Origin: Candidatus Binataceae bacterium
Lineage (GTDB): Bacteria; Desulfobacterota; Binatia; Binatales; Binataceae
Assembly (NCBI GenBank): GCA_963789715.1
Contig: CAWBLQ010000012.1
Coordinates: forward strand, 132,333 to 196,332
Reading direction: 5' to 3'
Length of the DNA: 64,000 nucleotides
The notes beneath the pieces are model-generated. The model was not told the DNA's origin, searched no databases, and worked only from the letters and a program-made list of their open reading frames with translations. Positions within the stretch are counted from its first letter, which is position 1; every line of letters begins with the position of its first letter. This document shows positions 26,875-35,854 of the stretch, piece by piece. A program made the translations under genes and the position numbers.

Positions 26875-29178
26875 ATGAGCATGGATGAGCTTATGGTGAG
26901 TCAGACGGAAAATCCCGGGATAGTTGCCGCGACGACAGTTGCGAATGTGCCGGCGCCTCAGAATGGGGGCGTTGGCGATTCGACGGCAGCGGCCAATCCC
27001 GCCGGCGGGTCGTTTGCGGCGGTCGAGAAGACGCTGCCACCGCGAATCGACAAGGACCTCATCTCGCCCGACCTGTTCCTCAATCGTGAGCTCACCTGGC
27101 TTGCCTTCAATCGACGCGTTCTGCATGAAGCGGAGGACGAACGAAATCCACTGCTCGAGCGGCTGAAGTTCCTGGCGATCACGGCGTCCAATCTCGACGA
27201 GTTTTTCATGAAGCGCATCGGCGGCCTGAAGCAGCAGGTGGTCGCGGGGATGCAGGAGTTGACCGTTGACGGGCGCACGCCGCAGCAACAGATCGCGGAG
27301 TGTTACCTGGTGGTGCGCGAGCTCGAGCAACGGCAGCGCGAGCTGGGTCCGCAGATTCTGGGCCAACTCGAGAAATTCGGCATCCGCGTCCGCCCCTACG
27401 CCAGCCTCTCGGACGAGGAGCGCAAATCGGTTCGCGACTACTATTACAAGAACATCTTCCCGCTGGTGACGCCGCAGGCGATGGACCCTGCGCATCCGTT
27501 CCCGTTCGTGTCGAACCTGTCGCTCAACCTGCTGGTCACGGCGCGCTACCAGAACGACTCGGACCCGCTGATGGCGCGGGTGAAAGTGCCAGTCGGTTTT
27601 GGAATCCCGCGCTTTCTGCGGGTCGGCAAGCAAAATGATTTTGTGCGGCTCGAGGACGTTGTAGCGAACAATCTCGATCTGCTGTTTCCTTCGATGTTGA
27701 TCGACTCGTACGAGCTTTTCCGGGTGACGCGCAACGCCAACACCGAGCGCGATGAGGACGAGGCCGACGACTTGCTGGCGCTGATCGAATCCGAGCTGCG
27801 CGACCGCCGGTTCGCGCCGATCGTGCGGCTCGAAGTGATGACGGGAATGAATCCGGTCCATCGCGGAATGCTGGCGGCGGAACTTGGACTGGACGAACGC
27901 GCCGACGTGTTCGAAGTCGAGGGGATGCTCGCGATACGCGACCTGGGAGAGCTGGCGGGGATCGACGCACCCGCGCTGCACGACCCGCCGCATCACCCGG
28001 TGGATCATCCGCGGCTGACCATCGGACGCAGCATCTTCCACGTCATTCGCGACGCGGGCTCGTTCCTGCTGCTGCATCCGTACGAATCGTTCTCGACCTC
28101 GGTGGAGCGGTTTTTGCGCGAAGCCGCGGACGACCCGAAGGTCCGCGCGATCAAGATGACGCTGTACCGGACCTCGCCGGACTCGAAAATCATCGGCTAC
28201 CTGTGCGACGCGGCGCGCAACGGCAAGCAGGTGGCAGTGGTGGTCGAGCTGAAGGCGCGCTTCGACGAAGCCGCCAACATCCAGTTCGCGACGCGGCTCG
28301 AGGAATTCGGAATTCACGTAACCTACGGGGTCGTGGGGCTGAAGACTCACAGCAAGGTGATCCTGGTCATTCGCCAGGACTACAACGGTCTGCGGCGCTA
28401 CGCGCACATCGGCACCGGCAACTATCATCCGGTGACGGCGAGATTTTATGCCGACTTCGGGCTGCTGACTTGCGACAATACTATTGGCGAAGACCTGACC
28501 GAGTTATTCAACTACCTGACGACTGGCTATATGCCAAATCGCCGCTATCGGAAAATCCTGCCCGCGCCGACCGTGCTGAAGCGCGCGCTGCTGGCGCGAA
28601 TCGAACGAGAAATCAAGGTCACCTCGGCGGCGTCGCCGGGCCTGATTCAGTTCAAGATGAACGCGCTCGAGGACGTGGACATCACGCGGGCGCTTTATCG
28701 CGCCTCGCAGGCAGGAGTGAAAGTGGACCTGATAGTGCGCGACACTTGCAGGCTGCGTCCGGGAATCCAGGGGCTGTCGGAACACGTGCGCGTGGTGAGC
28801 ATTGTCGGCAGATTCCTCGAGCACGGGCGCATCTACTACTTCCGCAATGGCGGAGCGGAGGATTTTCTCATCGGCTCCGCCGACTGCATGAAGCGCAACC
28901 TTGAAAGCCGGGTCGAAGTCGTCGCTCCGGTCGAGGATCCACAACTCCGCAAAGAGTTGCGCACCGTGATTGACATCCAGCTACGGCCCAACCGATGCCA
29001 GTGGGAAATGATGGCCGACGGCACTTACGTCAGGACGGCGGCCGCCGACGCCGCCCCGGCCTGCCAGCAGGCAATGATAGATTTCGCCGAGACTCGGCAA
29101 ACGGAGGCGACCAAGGTCAATAAGCGTCGCGCCAAAGGATTTGCCCGCCGCGCGGTTCGAGAGCGAAATTCCGATTGA
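26875..29178 (+). CDS. ppk1: Polyphosphate kinase 1
   Basis: NRELTWLAFNRRVL, SNLDEFFMKR, ELKARFDE, LKTHSK, HIGTGNY, GRFLEH, GSAD.M.RNL..RVE. Confidence 0.96.
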   Translation: MSMDELMVSQTENPGIVAATTVANVPAPQNGGVGDSTAAANPAGGSFAAVEKTLPPRIDKDLISPDLFLNRELTWLAFNRRVLHEAEDERNPLLERLKFLAITASNLDEFFMKRIGGLKQQVVAGMQELTVDGRTPQQQIAECYLVVRELEQRQRELGPQILGQLEKFGIRVRPYASLSDEERKSVRDYYYKNIFPLVTPQAMDPAHPFPFVSNLSLNLLVTARYQNDSDPLMARVKVPVGFGIPRFLRVGKQNDFVRLEDVVANNLDLLFPSMLIDSYELFRVTRNANTERDEDEADDLLALIESELRDRRFAPIVRLEVMTGMNPVHRGMLAAELGLDERADVFEVEGMLAIRDLGELAGIDAPALHDPPHHPVDHPRLTIGRSIFHVIRDAGSFLLLHPYESFSTSVERFLREAADDPKVRAIKMTLYRTSPDSKIIGYLCDAARNGKQVAVVVELKARFDEAANIQFATRLEEFGIHVTYGVVGLKTHSKVILVIRQDYNGLRRYAHIGTGNYHPVTARFYADFGLLTCDNTIGEDLTELFNYLTTGYMPNRRYRKILPAPTVLKRALLARIEREIKVTSAASPGLIQFKMNALEDVDITRALYRASQAGVKVDLIVRDTCRLRPGIQGLSEHVRVVSIVGRFLEHGRIYYFRNGGAEDFLIGSADCMKRNLESRVEVVAPVEDPQLRKELRTVIDIQLRPNRCQWEMMADGTYVRTAAADAAPACQQAMIDFAETRQTEATKVNKRRAKGFARRAVRERNSD

Positions 29179-29197
29179 CCCGAGCCGGCGTTCCAGA

Positions 29198-30814
29198 CTA
29201 AGGAGGGAAATCGTCGCCCTGCAGCGGAACGTGAAGCGGCGAGTCCCAGATCATCACCGTATAACCATCGATCTGCTTGAGCTGGAGCGGAGGACCCCAG
29301 GTTGTAACTGCCTTGAACGGACCAGCGCCGAAAGCTTTGTCCTTGTAGATCAGAAATCTTGCATCCTTCATCGCGTACCACTGCTCGGAGGACGACCAAC
29401 GAAGTGGCACAATACCTTCGCGTGCGCCGCCTACCTGGCGCACCACAAGCTTTCCCTCCGATAGCACGCTCAGGATACTTGCGCTCCAGTAGGAGCCGTA
29501 GCCTTCTGTCAACCCATTGTCCTCGAGGAACTTGACCACTGTCATGGGCGGTTTCGCGATCGGTTCGAACATCTGAGCCGCGATCGCGCTAAAATAAGCG
29601 CACGCGACGACTGGTAGTAGATACAGAGCATATTTCCTGACGATCACCCTTTGCCACGACATTGCAGCTATCAGGGCACCGAAGATCGGCACCGTGGTAA
29701 GGTACCGCCCGCCGCCTGCTTGCCTGTCCGAAAAAACGAATTCGATCGCAGTAAGCACCAGCGAAGCGCACAGCAAAGTAGTCATCAGGTTCTCTTCTCT
29801 CCTCAGAGCGCGCACGCTGGCTTCGCAGACAAGCCAAAGCACCAGTATCATGACAGCCGCATGAACCAGGATCGCGGCAGTTCCCGCATTAAAAACATTT
29901 CGCCCGAAGAAGTCGGCTCCAAACAGATCGAGGATCGACACCCATAACAGATATATGTTTTGCGAAAGCTGGTCCGCTGACACGAAGTGCGCGATTATAG
30001 GAAGCTGTTTGAAGCCGCCTGCCAGCATCATCGTCGCCAGGGCGATCTTCGAAACAATCACGCACGAGACACTAAATACAGCCAATCGTAAGTAATGCCG
30101 CGGATCCATTAGGCCGAGCCAAAGCCCAACAACTGCGAGCGGAAGATTTCCAATGTACAAAGCTAATGGGTCGCCGATAGCGGCCAGGACCAAAGGCAAG
30201 GCGGCAAGCACGAGGCTATAGTCCGCGACGATGAGATGAAAAGTCAGGAGTACGCACAAAACGGTCGATACGTGAGCTATGTAGTTAACGTTAAAGTCGG
30301 TAATTAAAGTGGAAGGAAGAGCAACAACTGCGAACAGCAAACACATGCCGATGAGCCTGTTGCGTGGTTCTGTGTACACCCAGCCGATAGCCAGACAGGC
30401 TATGACTGTAAGTGCGTAGATTATGGGATTAACCAAGTACAAGAGCAGAGACAGCCGCGGCACAAGCAGACCACCTATTGCATAGAGAGGAAGGACCACT
30501 GCGTAGTAGCTGTCAAGTGCGATGGACCAGCCTCGCAATAGGATGTTGCCGCCAAGGATGTCCTGAGCTTCTTGCACGAAGCTGGCGTCGTCCGAGCTTT
30601 TGGGCCGGCTGAACGACAACTGGATGTAGACAGCCGTCAGGACCACAAAGATAACGGTCAGCGCGATAGCGCCCAGGATCCTGCTATGGCTCCCGAAGAG
30701 TCGCTGGACACCGCGATAGGTATCGTCGAGCCGCGGTCTTGAAGCTGCCGAAGTGGAAACGCGAACTCCGGGTGAACCTCCGCCGTTATCGTCCTGGCTC
30801 AGTTCGCGGCTCAT
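29198..30814 (-). CDS. Polytopic membrane protein, possible GT-C (polyprenyl-phosphate-sugar-dependent) glycosyltransferase
   Basis: About 11-13 hydrophobic segments, acidic SSDDA in the first loop, C-terminal soluble domain with GYGSYW; lies near a GT2. Confidence 0.6.
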   Translation of the reverse strand: MSRELSQDDNGGGSPGVRVSTSAASRPRLDDTYRGVQRLFGSHSRILGAIALTVIFVVLTAVYIQLSFSRPKSSDDASFVQEAQDILGGNILLRGWSIALDSYYAVVLPLYAIGGLLVPRLSLLLYLVNPIIYALTVIACLAIGWVYTEPRNRLIGMCLLFAVVALPSTLITDFNVNYIAHVSTVLCVLLTFHLIVADYSLVLAALPLVLAAIGDPLALYIGNLPLAVVGLWLGLMDPRHYLRLAVFSVSCVIVSKIALATMMLAGGFKQLPIIAHFVSADQLSQNIYLLWVSILDLFGADFFGRNVFNAGTAAILVHAAVMILVLWLVCEASVRALRREENLMTTLLCASLVLTAIEFVFSDRQAGGGRYLTTVPIFGALIAAMSWQRVIVRKYALYLLPVVACAYFSAIAAQMFEPIAKPPMTVVKFLEDNGLTEGYGSYWSASILSVLSEGKLVVRQVGGAREGIVPLRWSSSEQWYAMKDARFLIYKDKAFGAGPFKAVTTWGPPLQLKQIDGYTVMIWDSPLHVPLQGDDFPP

Positions 30815-31051
30815 CGTTCGCTCGGTATGAGACCAGTAATAAGTAAATTGGGAGATTTATCGGCGAACCCGCCCCGCGGCGCCGTCCAGTGTAAAAGATC
30901 GGTATCGACGTGGCGCGGGTCGCTATGGCAGGGTACTCGCACAGGCACAGCGCCCGCAGTATCCCGCGAATGACCGCTTATTGTCCAGACGATGGGGTGA
31001 GCTATCGCAGGTATTGAAAAAGGAATTGCTTTACGCCGAAATTGCAGACAA

Positions 31052-31762
31052 ATGAGTAATTGCGGCTCTAACGACTCTTCTGACTTCGACCAGTACGCAA
31101 ACTCCTATGATCGCGCTTTGGCGCGGGGGCTCGCCGCGACCGGAGAAGATCGGAGCTACTTCGCGCGACGGCGGGTCGAATGGCTAAGAAGATGCCTCGA
31201 TCGCATGGAATTTACACCCAAGCATACGATCGAGTTCGGATGCGGAACCGGCTCCAATGTACCGTTCCTGATCGAACTGGCCGGCGCGGCCTCGGTAGTG
31301 GGAATCGACACCTCCGGGAGATCACTTGAAGTCGCCCGGAATACATTCGGGTCGCCGAGAGCGCGGTTCTGTGGTTTGGGAGAGTATGAAGCTCAGGGCT
31401 GCGCCGACCTGGTCTTCTGCAACGGGGTGTTCCATCACATTCCGCCGCCCGATCGTGCAGCGGCGGTCGAGTACTTGTACCGCTGCCTAAGACCGGGTGG
31501 ATTGTTCGCGCTATGGGAGAACAATCCGTGGAACCCGGGCACTCGCTACGTCATGAGCCGCATTCCGTTCGACCGTGATGCGACTATGCTGAGCCCGCTT
31601 GAGTCGCGGCGGATGGCGAGAGCGATGGGATTCGAGGTAGTGAGGACGGATTGTCTCTTTATCTTCCCGCACTTCCTTCGATGGCTGCGCGCTCTGGAGC
31701 CGCGCCTGGCGGCGCTGCCGATTGGGGGGCAATACGAGCTTTTGTGCCGCAAACCGACTTAG
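31052..31762 (+). CDS. Class I SAM-dependent methyltransferase
   Basis: IEFGCGTG, GID.S, GVFHHIP, LRPGG...WENNPWNP. Confidence 0.88.
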   Translation: MSNCGSNDSSDFDQYANSYDRALARGLAATGEDRSYFARRRVEWLRRCLDRMEFTPKHTIEFGCGTGSNVPFLIELAGAASVVGIDTSGRSLEVARNTFGSPRARFCGLGEYEAQGCADLVFCNGVFHHIPPPDRAAAVEYLYRCLRPGGLFALWENNPWNPGTRYVMSRIPFDRDATMLSPLESRRMARAMGFEVVRTDCLFIFPHFLRWLRALEPRLAALPIGGQYELLCRKPT

Positions 31763-32457
31763 CCGATCTTCTCGGCGACGATCACAACATATTCACCCCA
31801 CCAGATTTGGCGATCGAAGATGCGCAGCAAGGGTATCAGTGCGGTGGGGGTGTTGTTCTGCGAAATCATCCCGGTGGTGAGGCTGCTCACGACTCGCAGT
31901 CCGCATCGGCGAAGATCCTTTTCCAGGGACTTTGCGCTTGACTTGAGGACGCCGCGCTCCTCGCGAACCAGCAGCGAGAAGGCAAGCATCACGGGATTGT
32001 AGCGGTTAGGCTCCAGCAGCACGATGTACCTGCGGCTTACGCGCCTCATCTCGCTGATGACTCGTTCGCGCGCCGATACGTGATGAAGTAGGTTGGCTTC
32101 GAAGACCATATCGAACGCGCCGCCGCCGAAGGGCAGCGCGGTCGCGTCGCCAACGGTCAGCCGGCGATGCGGATTCTGATCGAGCAGGTGCGGAGAAAGA
32201 TCAACGCCAATCACCGAAGCGCCGGCGGCGGCGAAGCGTGCCGTGAAGATGCCGTTGCCGCAGCCGACGTCGAGGATTTGCCCCTCGATCGGCGCGTGAC
32301 GCCCGATGAACTCGAGCTTCGGCTCGGCGTACGCGCCGACGACCGGATCAAAGGCGCCGCGATATCGGACCTGGTTGAAATACCTGGACTGTAGGGAGGC
32401 GGCGTCTTTGGACAGATGGTTCTTCCTTGCGGTCGTGTCGCAATTGACAGGTATCAT
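31759..32457 (-). CDS. Class I SAM-dependent methyltransferase
   Basis: ILDVGCGNG, GDATALPF...FD, LLHH, EPNRYNP; ATGA coupling to the GT2 gene. Confidence 0.88.
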   Translation of the reverse strand: MIPVNCDTTARKNHLSKDAASLQSRYFNQVRYRGAFDPVVGAYAEPKLEFIGRHAPIEGQILDVGCGNGIFTARFAAAGASVIGVDLSPHLLDQNPHRRLTVGDATALPFGGGAFDMVFEANLLHHVSARERVISEMRRVSRRYIVLLEPNRYNPVMLAFSLLVREERGVLKSSAKSLEKDLRRCGLRVVSSLTTGMISQNNTPTALIPLLRIFDRQIWWGEYVVIVAEKIG

Positions 32458-33647
32458 CGATGATCGAGGTCCACAAAGCTGAGCATGAACGCGGACAGAA
32501 CGGTCTGGAAGCCCAACGCAACCAGGGTAGCGCCTGGAACCACAAGCCGCATCGTGCGGGCGTAGTTCAGCGGACCGAAATCGGCGAGCCGCCATTGATT
32601 GATGGCAAGTCCGAGTAGGACCAGACCCAGGATCATCGCGGAGGCGGCAACTGCCAGGCCCACTTCAAGGTTGACGGTATTGAAGAAACGGCTGAAGCGC
32701 AGGTTGGACGGTAACAGGCCTTGTTTGACCGCGAGCGTCTTGGCGAAAATCGCGAAAAATACCGACTCGTACCCGCAGAGCATCGCGAGGCTTCCAAATA
32801 GGAGAGTGTGGGCGTCGAACCTTACTCGATGCAGAGTCACTCCAGGCAGTGCCAGGCCGTAGGCCACGATGCCGAGCAGGATAAGTATCACGCCCGGCAC
32901 CAGGAACAATCTGCGCGGAGTACACAGCAGGAAAAAGCGCATCGTTCGCCATCCGTCGCGAAATGTTTTCAGGTGCCGTGCGTGGACCTTGCGGCCGTCC
33001 GGATGAAGCGTGATCGGCACCTGAGCGGCGTTTGCCTGCAGCAGAGAAGACTTGATGATCATCTCAGGGGCGAACTCCATACCGGTGCATCGCTGATCCA
33101 GCCGCTCGTAGTGCGACTTTCTGAAGCCACGCATTCCGCAGTAGATGTCTTGGATGTGCGAATGGAACCATCGCTGCCCCATCCGCGAGAAAATCGGATT
33201 GCCGATCCAACGATGCAGAAAGGGCATCGCTCCCGGCATGATCTTGCCGCCGCCGGACGGCAGACGGCATCCCTGCACAAGGTCGTACCCTTCGCGCAAT
33301 TTTTCCACAAATCGGGGAATCTCAAGAAAATCATAGCTGCCGTCGGCATCGCCCATGATGATGAACTCGCCCCGAGCGGCAGCGATACCCCCCATCAAGG
33401 CACTGCCATATCCTTTCGCGGGAACATGGACCAGGCGCGCGCCGAGCTTGACCGCTATTTCAACCGACCCATCATCGCTGCCATTGTCTGCGACGATGAC
33501 TTCGCCCGCGATTCGATTTTCGCGGATAGCCGTTTGCGCAGTCCTGACGCAGTCGGCCAAGGTGTCAGCTTCATTCAGACAAGGAATCACCACGCTGAGT
33601 TCGATTTCATGAGCGTCGCGGCTGCGGTCATTCGTAGGACTGGTCAT
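32454..33647 (-). CDS. Glycosyltransferase family 2 (dolichol/polyprenol-phosphate sugar synthase-like) with C-terminal TM helices
   Basis: SVVIPCLNE, ADNGSDDGS, GYGSAL, MGDADGSYD, GMEFA.EM, LKTFRDGWR. Confidence 0.9.
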   Translation of the reverse strand: MTSPTNDRSRDAHEIELSVVIPCLNEADTLADCVRTAQTAIRENRIAGEVIVADNGSDDGSVEIAVKLGARLVHVPAKGYGSALMGGIAAARGEFIIMGDADGSYDFLEIPRFVEKLREGYDLVQGCRLPSGGGKIMPGAMPFLHRWIGNPIFSRMGQRWFHSHIQDIYCGMRGFRKSHYERLDQRCTGMEFAPEMIIKSSLLQANAAQVPITLHPDGRKVHARHLKTFRDGWRTMRFFLLCTPRRLFLVPGVILILLGIVAYGLALPGVTLHRVRFDAHTLLFGSLAMLCGYESVFFAIFAKTLAVKQGLLPSNLRFSRFFNTVNLEVGLAVAASAMILGLVLLGLAINQWRLADFGPLNYARTMRLVVPGATLVALGFQTVLSAFMLSFVDLDHR

Positions 33648-33840
33648 CTTGATGTCAACTGCATTCGGCTAGGAATTATGCTACCGGAAGTAGAGCCAGA
33701 GGAAATAATGCCTGAGAGGGCGAAAGATCGCCCGGAAAACCGCTGTCAACGACTGGAGGCCGCGGGGGTTTGTGAAATTCGGAGCTGCTGAGGACGATCG
33801 GATGGGTAGCGGCGCGAGTCCGAGCCTGGTCAACTCACGA

Positions 33841-33875
33841 CGGCCAGCCTGAGGCTCACAACCTGAGGCTGGCCG
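33841..33875. terminator. GC-rich hairpin downstream of gene 33905..34267
   Basis: CGGCCAGCCT...AGGCTGGCCG perfect 10-bp stem; no U-tract. Confidence 0.4.
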
Positions 33876-33904
33876 CTCGAATCAGAATGCGGGAGCGAGC
33901 GCGG

Positions 33905-34267
33905 CTATTCGCCGGGACGCGGAGGAATCGCGACGTAGTTGCCGGGATTCGCCGCCATCGCCTCGCGAACATCCGGATGCGCGGAGAAGAACGCGCCAAG
34001 TGCGGGATGCTTCTTCGCATAGGCGTCGTCACTGATCAGCGCGGGCTTGTACGCGAGCTGGCTGGCGACCTTGGGATGCTGGCTAGCGAAGTCGTGCCAG
34101 AGCTTGAGCTTGTGCATGTCGATATCGCGGCTATCGGCAGCTTTAAACACGGTCGTGGTATTTCCATTGACGACGGTGCCCAGCGTATTTCCTTCCTGCG
34201 CGATTGCGGGAGCAGCAAAAGCAACCGGAAGAGCGAGCGCGACCAACAGAGAAGATATGCGGTTCAT
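33905..34267 (-). CDS. Secreted hypothetical protein with HP repeats
   Basis: Signal peptide AIA-Q; repeated (F/Y)..xHP.V...xP units. Confidence 0.7.
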   Translation of the reverse strand: MNRISSLLVALALPVAFAAPAIAQEGNTLGTVVNGNTTTVFKAADSRDIDMHKLKLWHDFASQHPKVASQLAYKPALISDDAYAKKHPALGAFFSAHPDVREAMAANPGNYVAIPPRPGE

Positions 34268-34375
34268 GTCTTCAGTCTAGAGCTTCGCGCCCGGAAAGCA
34301 AAAATTCCGGGCGTGCTGTCAGGAACACAAAGACACGAATCGGCTGAACGAGGAACCGCATCCCGGTGCGTCGAT

Positions 34376-35035
34376 TTAATCCGCTGACACTCGAGCGCTC
34401 CTGGAGTAGTTGAGTTTCGGCGGCGCGGCGGCGCCACCCGACATGATGAAAGTCATCGCTTCATTGATTGTCCAATCGAGCATCACGAGGCGGCTGGTCG
34501 GAACCAATTCCATGTAGCCCGAGGTCGGGTTCGGCGTGGTCGGGACGTAAACGGCGGCGATCTCCTCGCCGGTGTCGGCGTCGTTGAAAATCCTGGTCAC
34601 GAGGCCGACGGTTTTCATTTCCGGCGACGGGAATTCGATCAACACGACGCGCTGCGAAGCGCCGGGCTTGGTCTGAAAGCTGGTGACGAGTTGCCGCGCA
34701 GCGCCGTAGATGGACTGTACGACCGGAATTCGCGCCATCAGGTAGTCAAACGCGGCGAGCAATCGGCGTCCCGCCACGGCGGTCGCGACCTCACCGAGGA
34801 CGTAAAGGGCCGCGAGCACGATCGCGATCGAGATCGTCGCTTGAAACCACGGCGCGGAAAACCCCTCGGCGAGCGTCGGCGAATGAATCCGCAGCCACGA
34901 TACCGACACTCTTACGAACGGACTGCCGAGCGCAACCAGCAGCCCGACAAGGAAACTGATCACCCATACGGTGATCCAGATGGGAATAAAGGTCAGGATT
35001 CCCGCCACGACATTGCGACGGATCTTTGTGAGCAT
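34376..35035 (-). CDS. DUF502 domain membrane protein
   Basis: RIPVVQSIYGAARQL, VVLIEFP, VYVPTTPNPTSGY, IMSGG. Confidence 0.9.
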   Translation of the reverse strand: MLTKIRRNVVAGILTFIPIWITVWVISFLVGLLVALGSPFVRVSVSWLRIHSPTLAEGFSAPWFQATISIAIVLAALYVLGEVATAVAGRRLLAAFDYLMARIPVVQSIYGAARQLVTSFQTKPGASQRVVLIEFPSPEMKTVGLVTRIFNDADTGEEIAAVYVPTTPNPTSGYMELVPTSRLVMLDWTINEAMTFIMSGGAAAPPKLNYSRSARVSAD

Positions 35036-35163
35036 CGATCGACTCCTCCCCGCTGCGCGCTTGGGCCTTCCGCGGGCTCGGCGGCGGCGCGATGCTGAAC
35101 AATCTACGTCAGGACGACGCGTTGTTGCGACGACGACTCAGGGCGACGAGCGTCGGCGGGGGC

Positions 35164-35784
35164 TCAGCCGCTCGCGTGCGCGAGTTCCGTCGCGCGCCGT
35201 CGCAGCGCGATCGCGGCGAATACCGTGACCGCGATCGCGACGATTGCGATCGCCAGGAGCATCCAGAAGTAGGCTTCCACTTCGGTGCCAACCACGGCTG
35301 CCAACGCGAGCACGGCGCTGACCCAGTAGAAGCTTCGGTCGATGTGCACACCTGCCATGAAGCAGGTCACCGCGAGAATTACCAATGTCACCAGCGCAAC
35401 CGCGTCGGCGTCCATCTGCCCGCGCTCGAGTTGCAGGAAAATTATCCGCACTGCAACGATCGGCCCGAGCCAGTGCAGCGTCTGCCGGAGGATCCGCTTC
35501 CACACCGGCCCTTCGTGACGACTGGGCCCGACTAGCTCGTGCCAGAGGCTCGCGATGCCGAAGATCGGAAACATCGCGCTCCAGTAGAACCGCGCGCGGA
35601 GGTGATTCACGTTGGTCAGAAACATGCCGATCATCACGAGCACGCACAGGGCGCCGACGAGCAGCAACCGTCGCAGCAGCACCGATTCGATCCGGCTCGT
35701 CCACGAAGCCGGCGCCGGCGGCGACGCGAGCGTCGGGCGATCAGGCGGGCTCTGCGCAACAGTCTTTGATTCCGTTTCGCTCAC
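35164..35784 (-). CDS. Hypothetical integral membrane protein
   Basis: About six hydrophobic segments. Start uncertain (35784 GTG or 35811). Confidence 0.7.
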   Translation of the reverse strand: MSETESKTVAQSPPDRPTLASPPAPASWTSRIESVLLRRLLLVGALCVLVMIGMFLTNVNHLRARFYWSAMFPIFGIASLWHELVGPSRHEGPVWKRILRQTLHWLGPIVAVRIIFLQLERGQMDADAVALVTLVILAVTCFMAGVHIDRSFYWVSAVLALAAVVGTEVEAYFWMLLAIAIVAIAVTVFAAIALRRRATELAHASG

Positions 35785-35854
35785 ACTCAGGTCCCGATGC
35801 TTTAACAACAATCGCGAACGCGCAAGCTGCTTAACAAGTGCGGTGCGCCACCCG

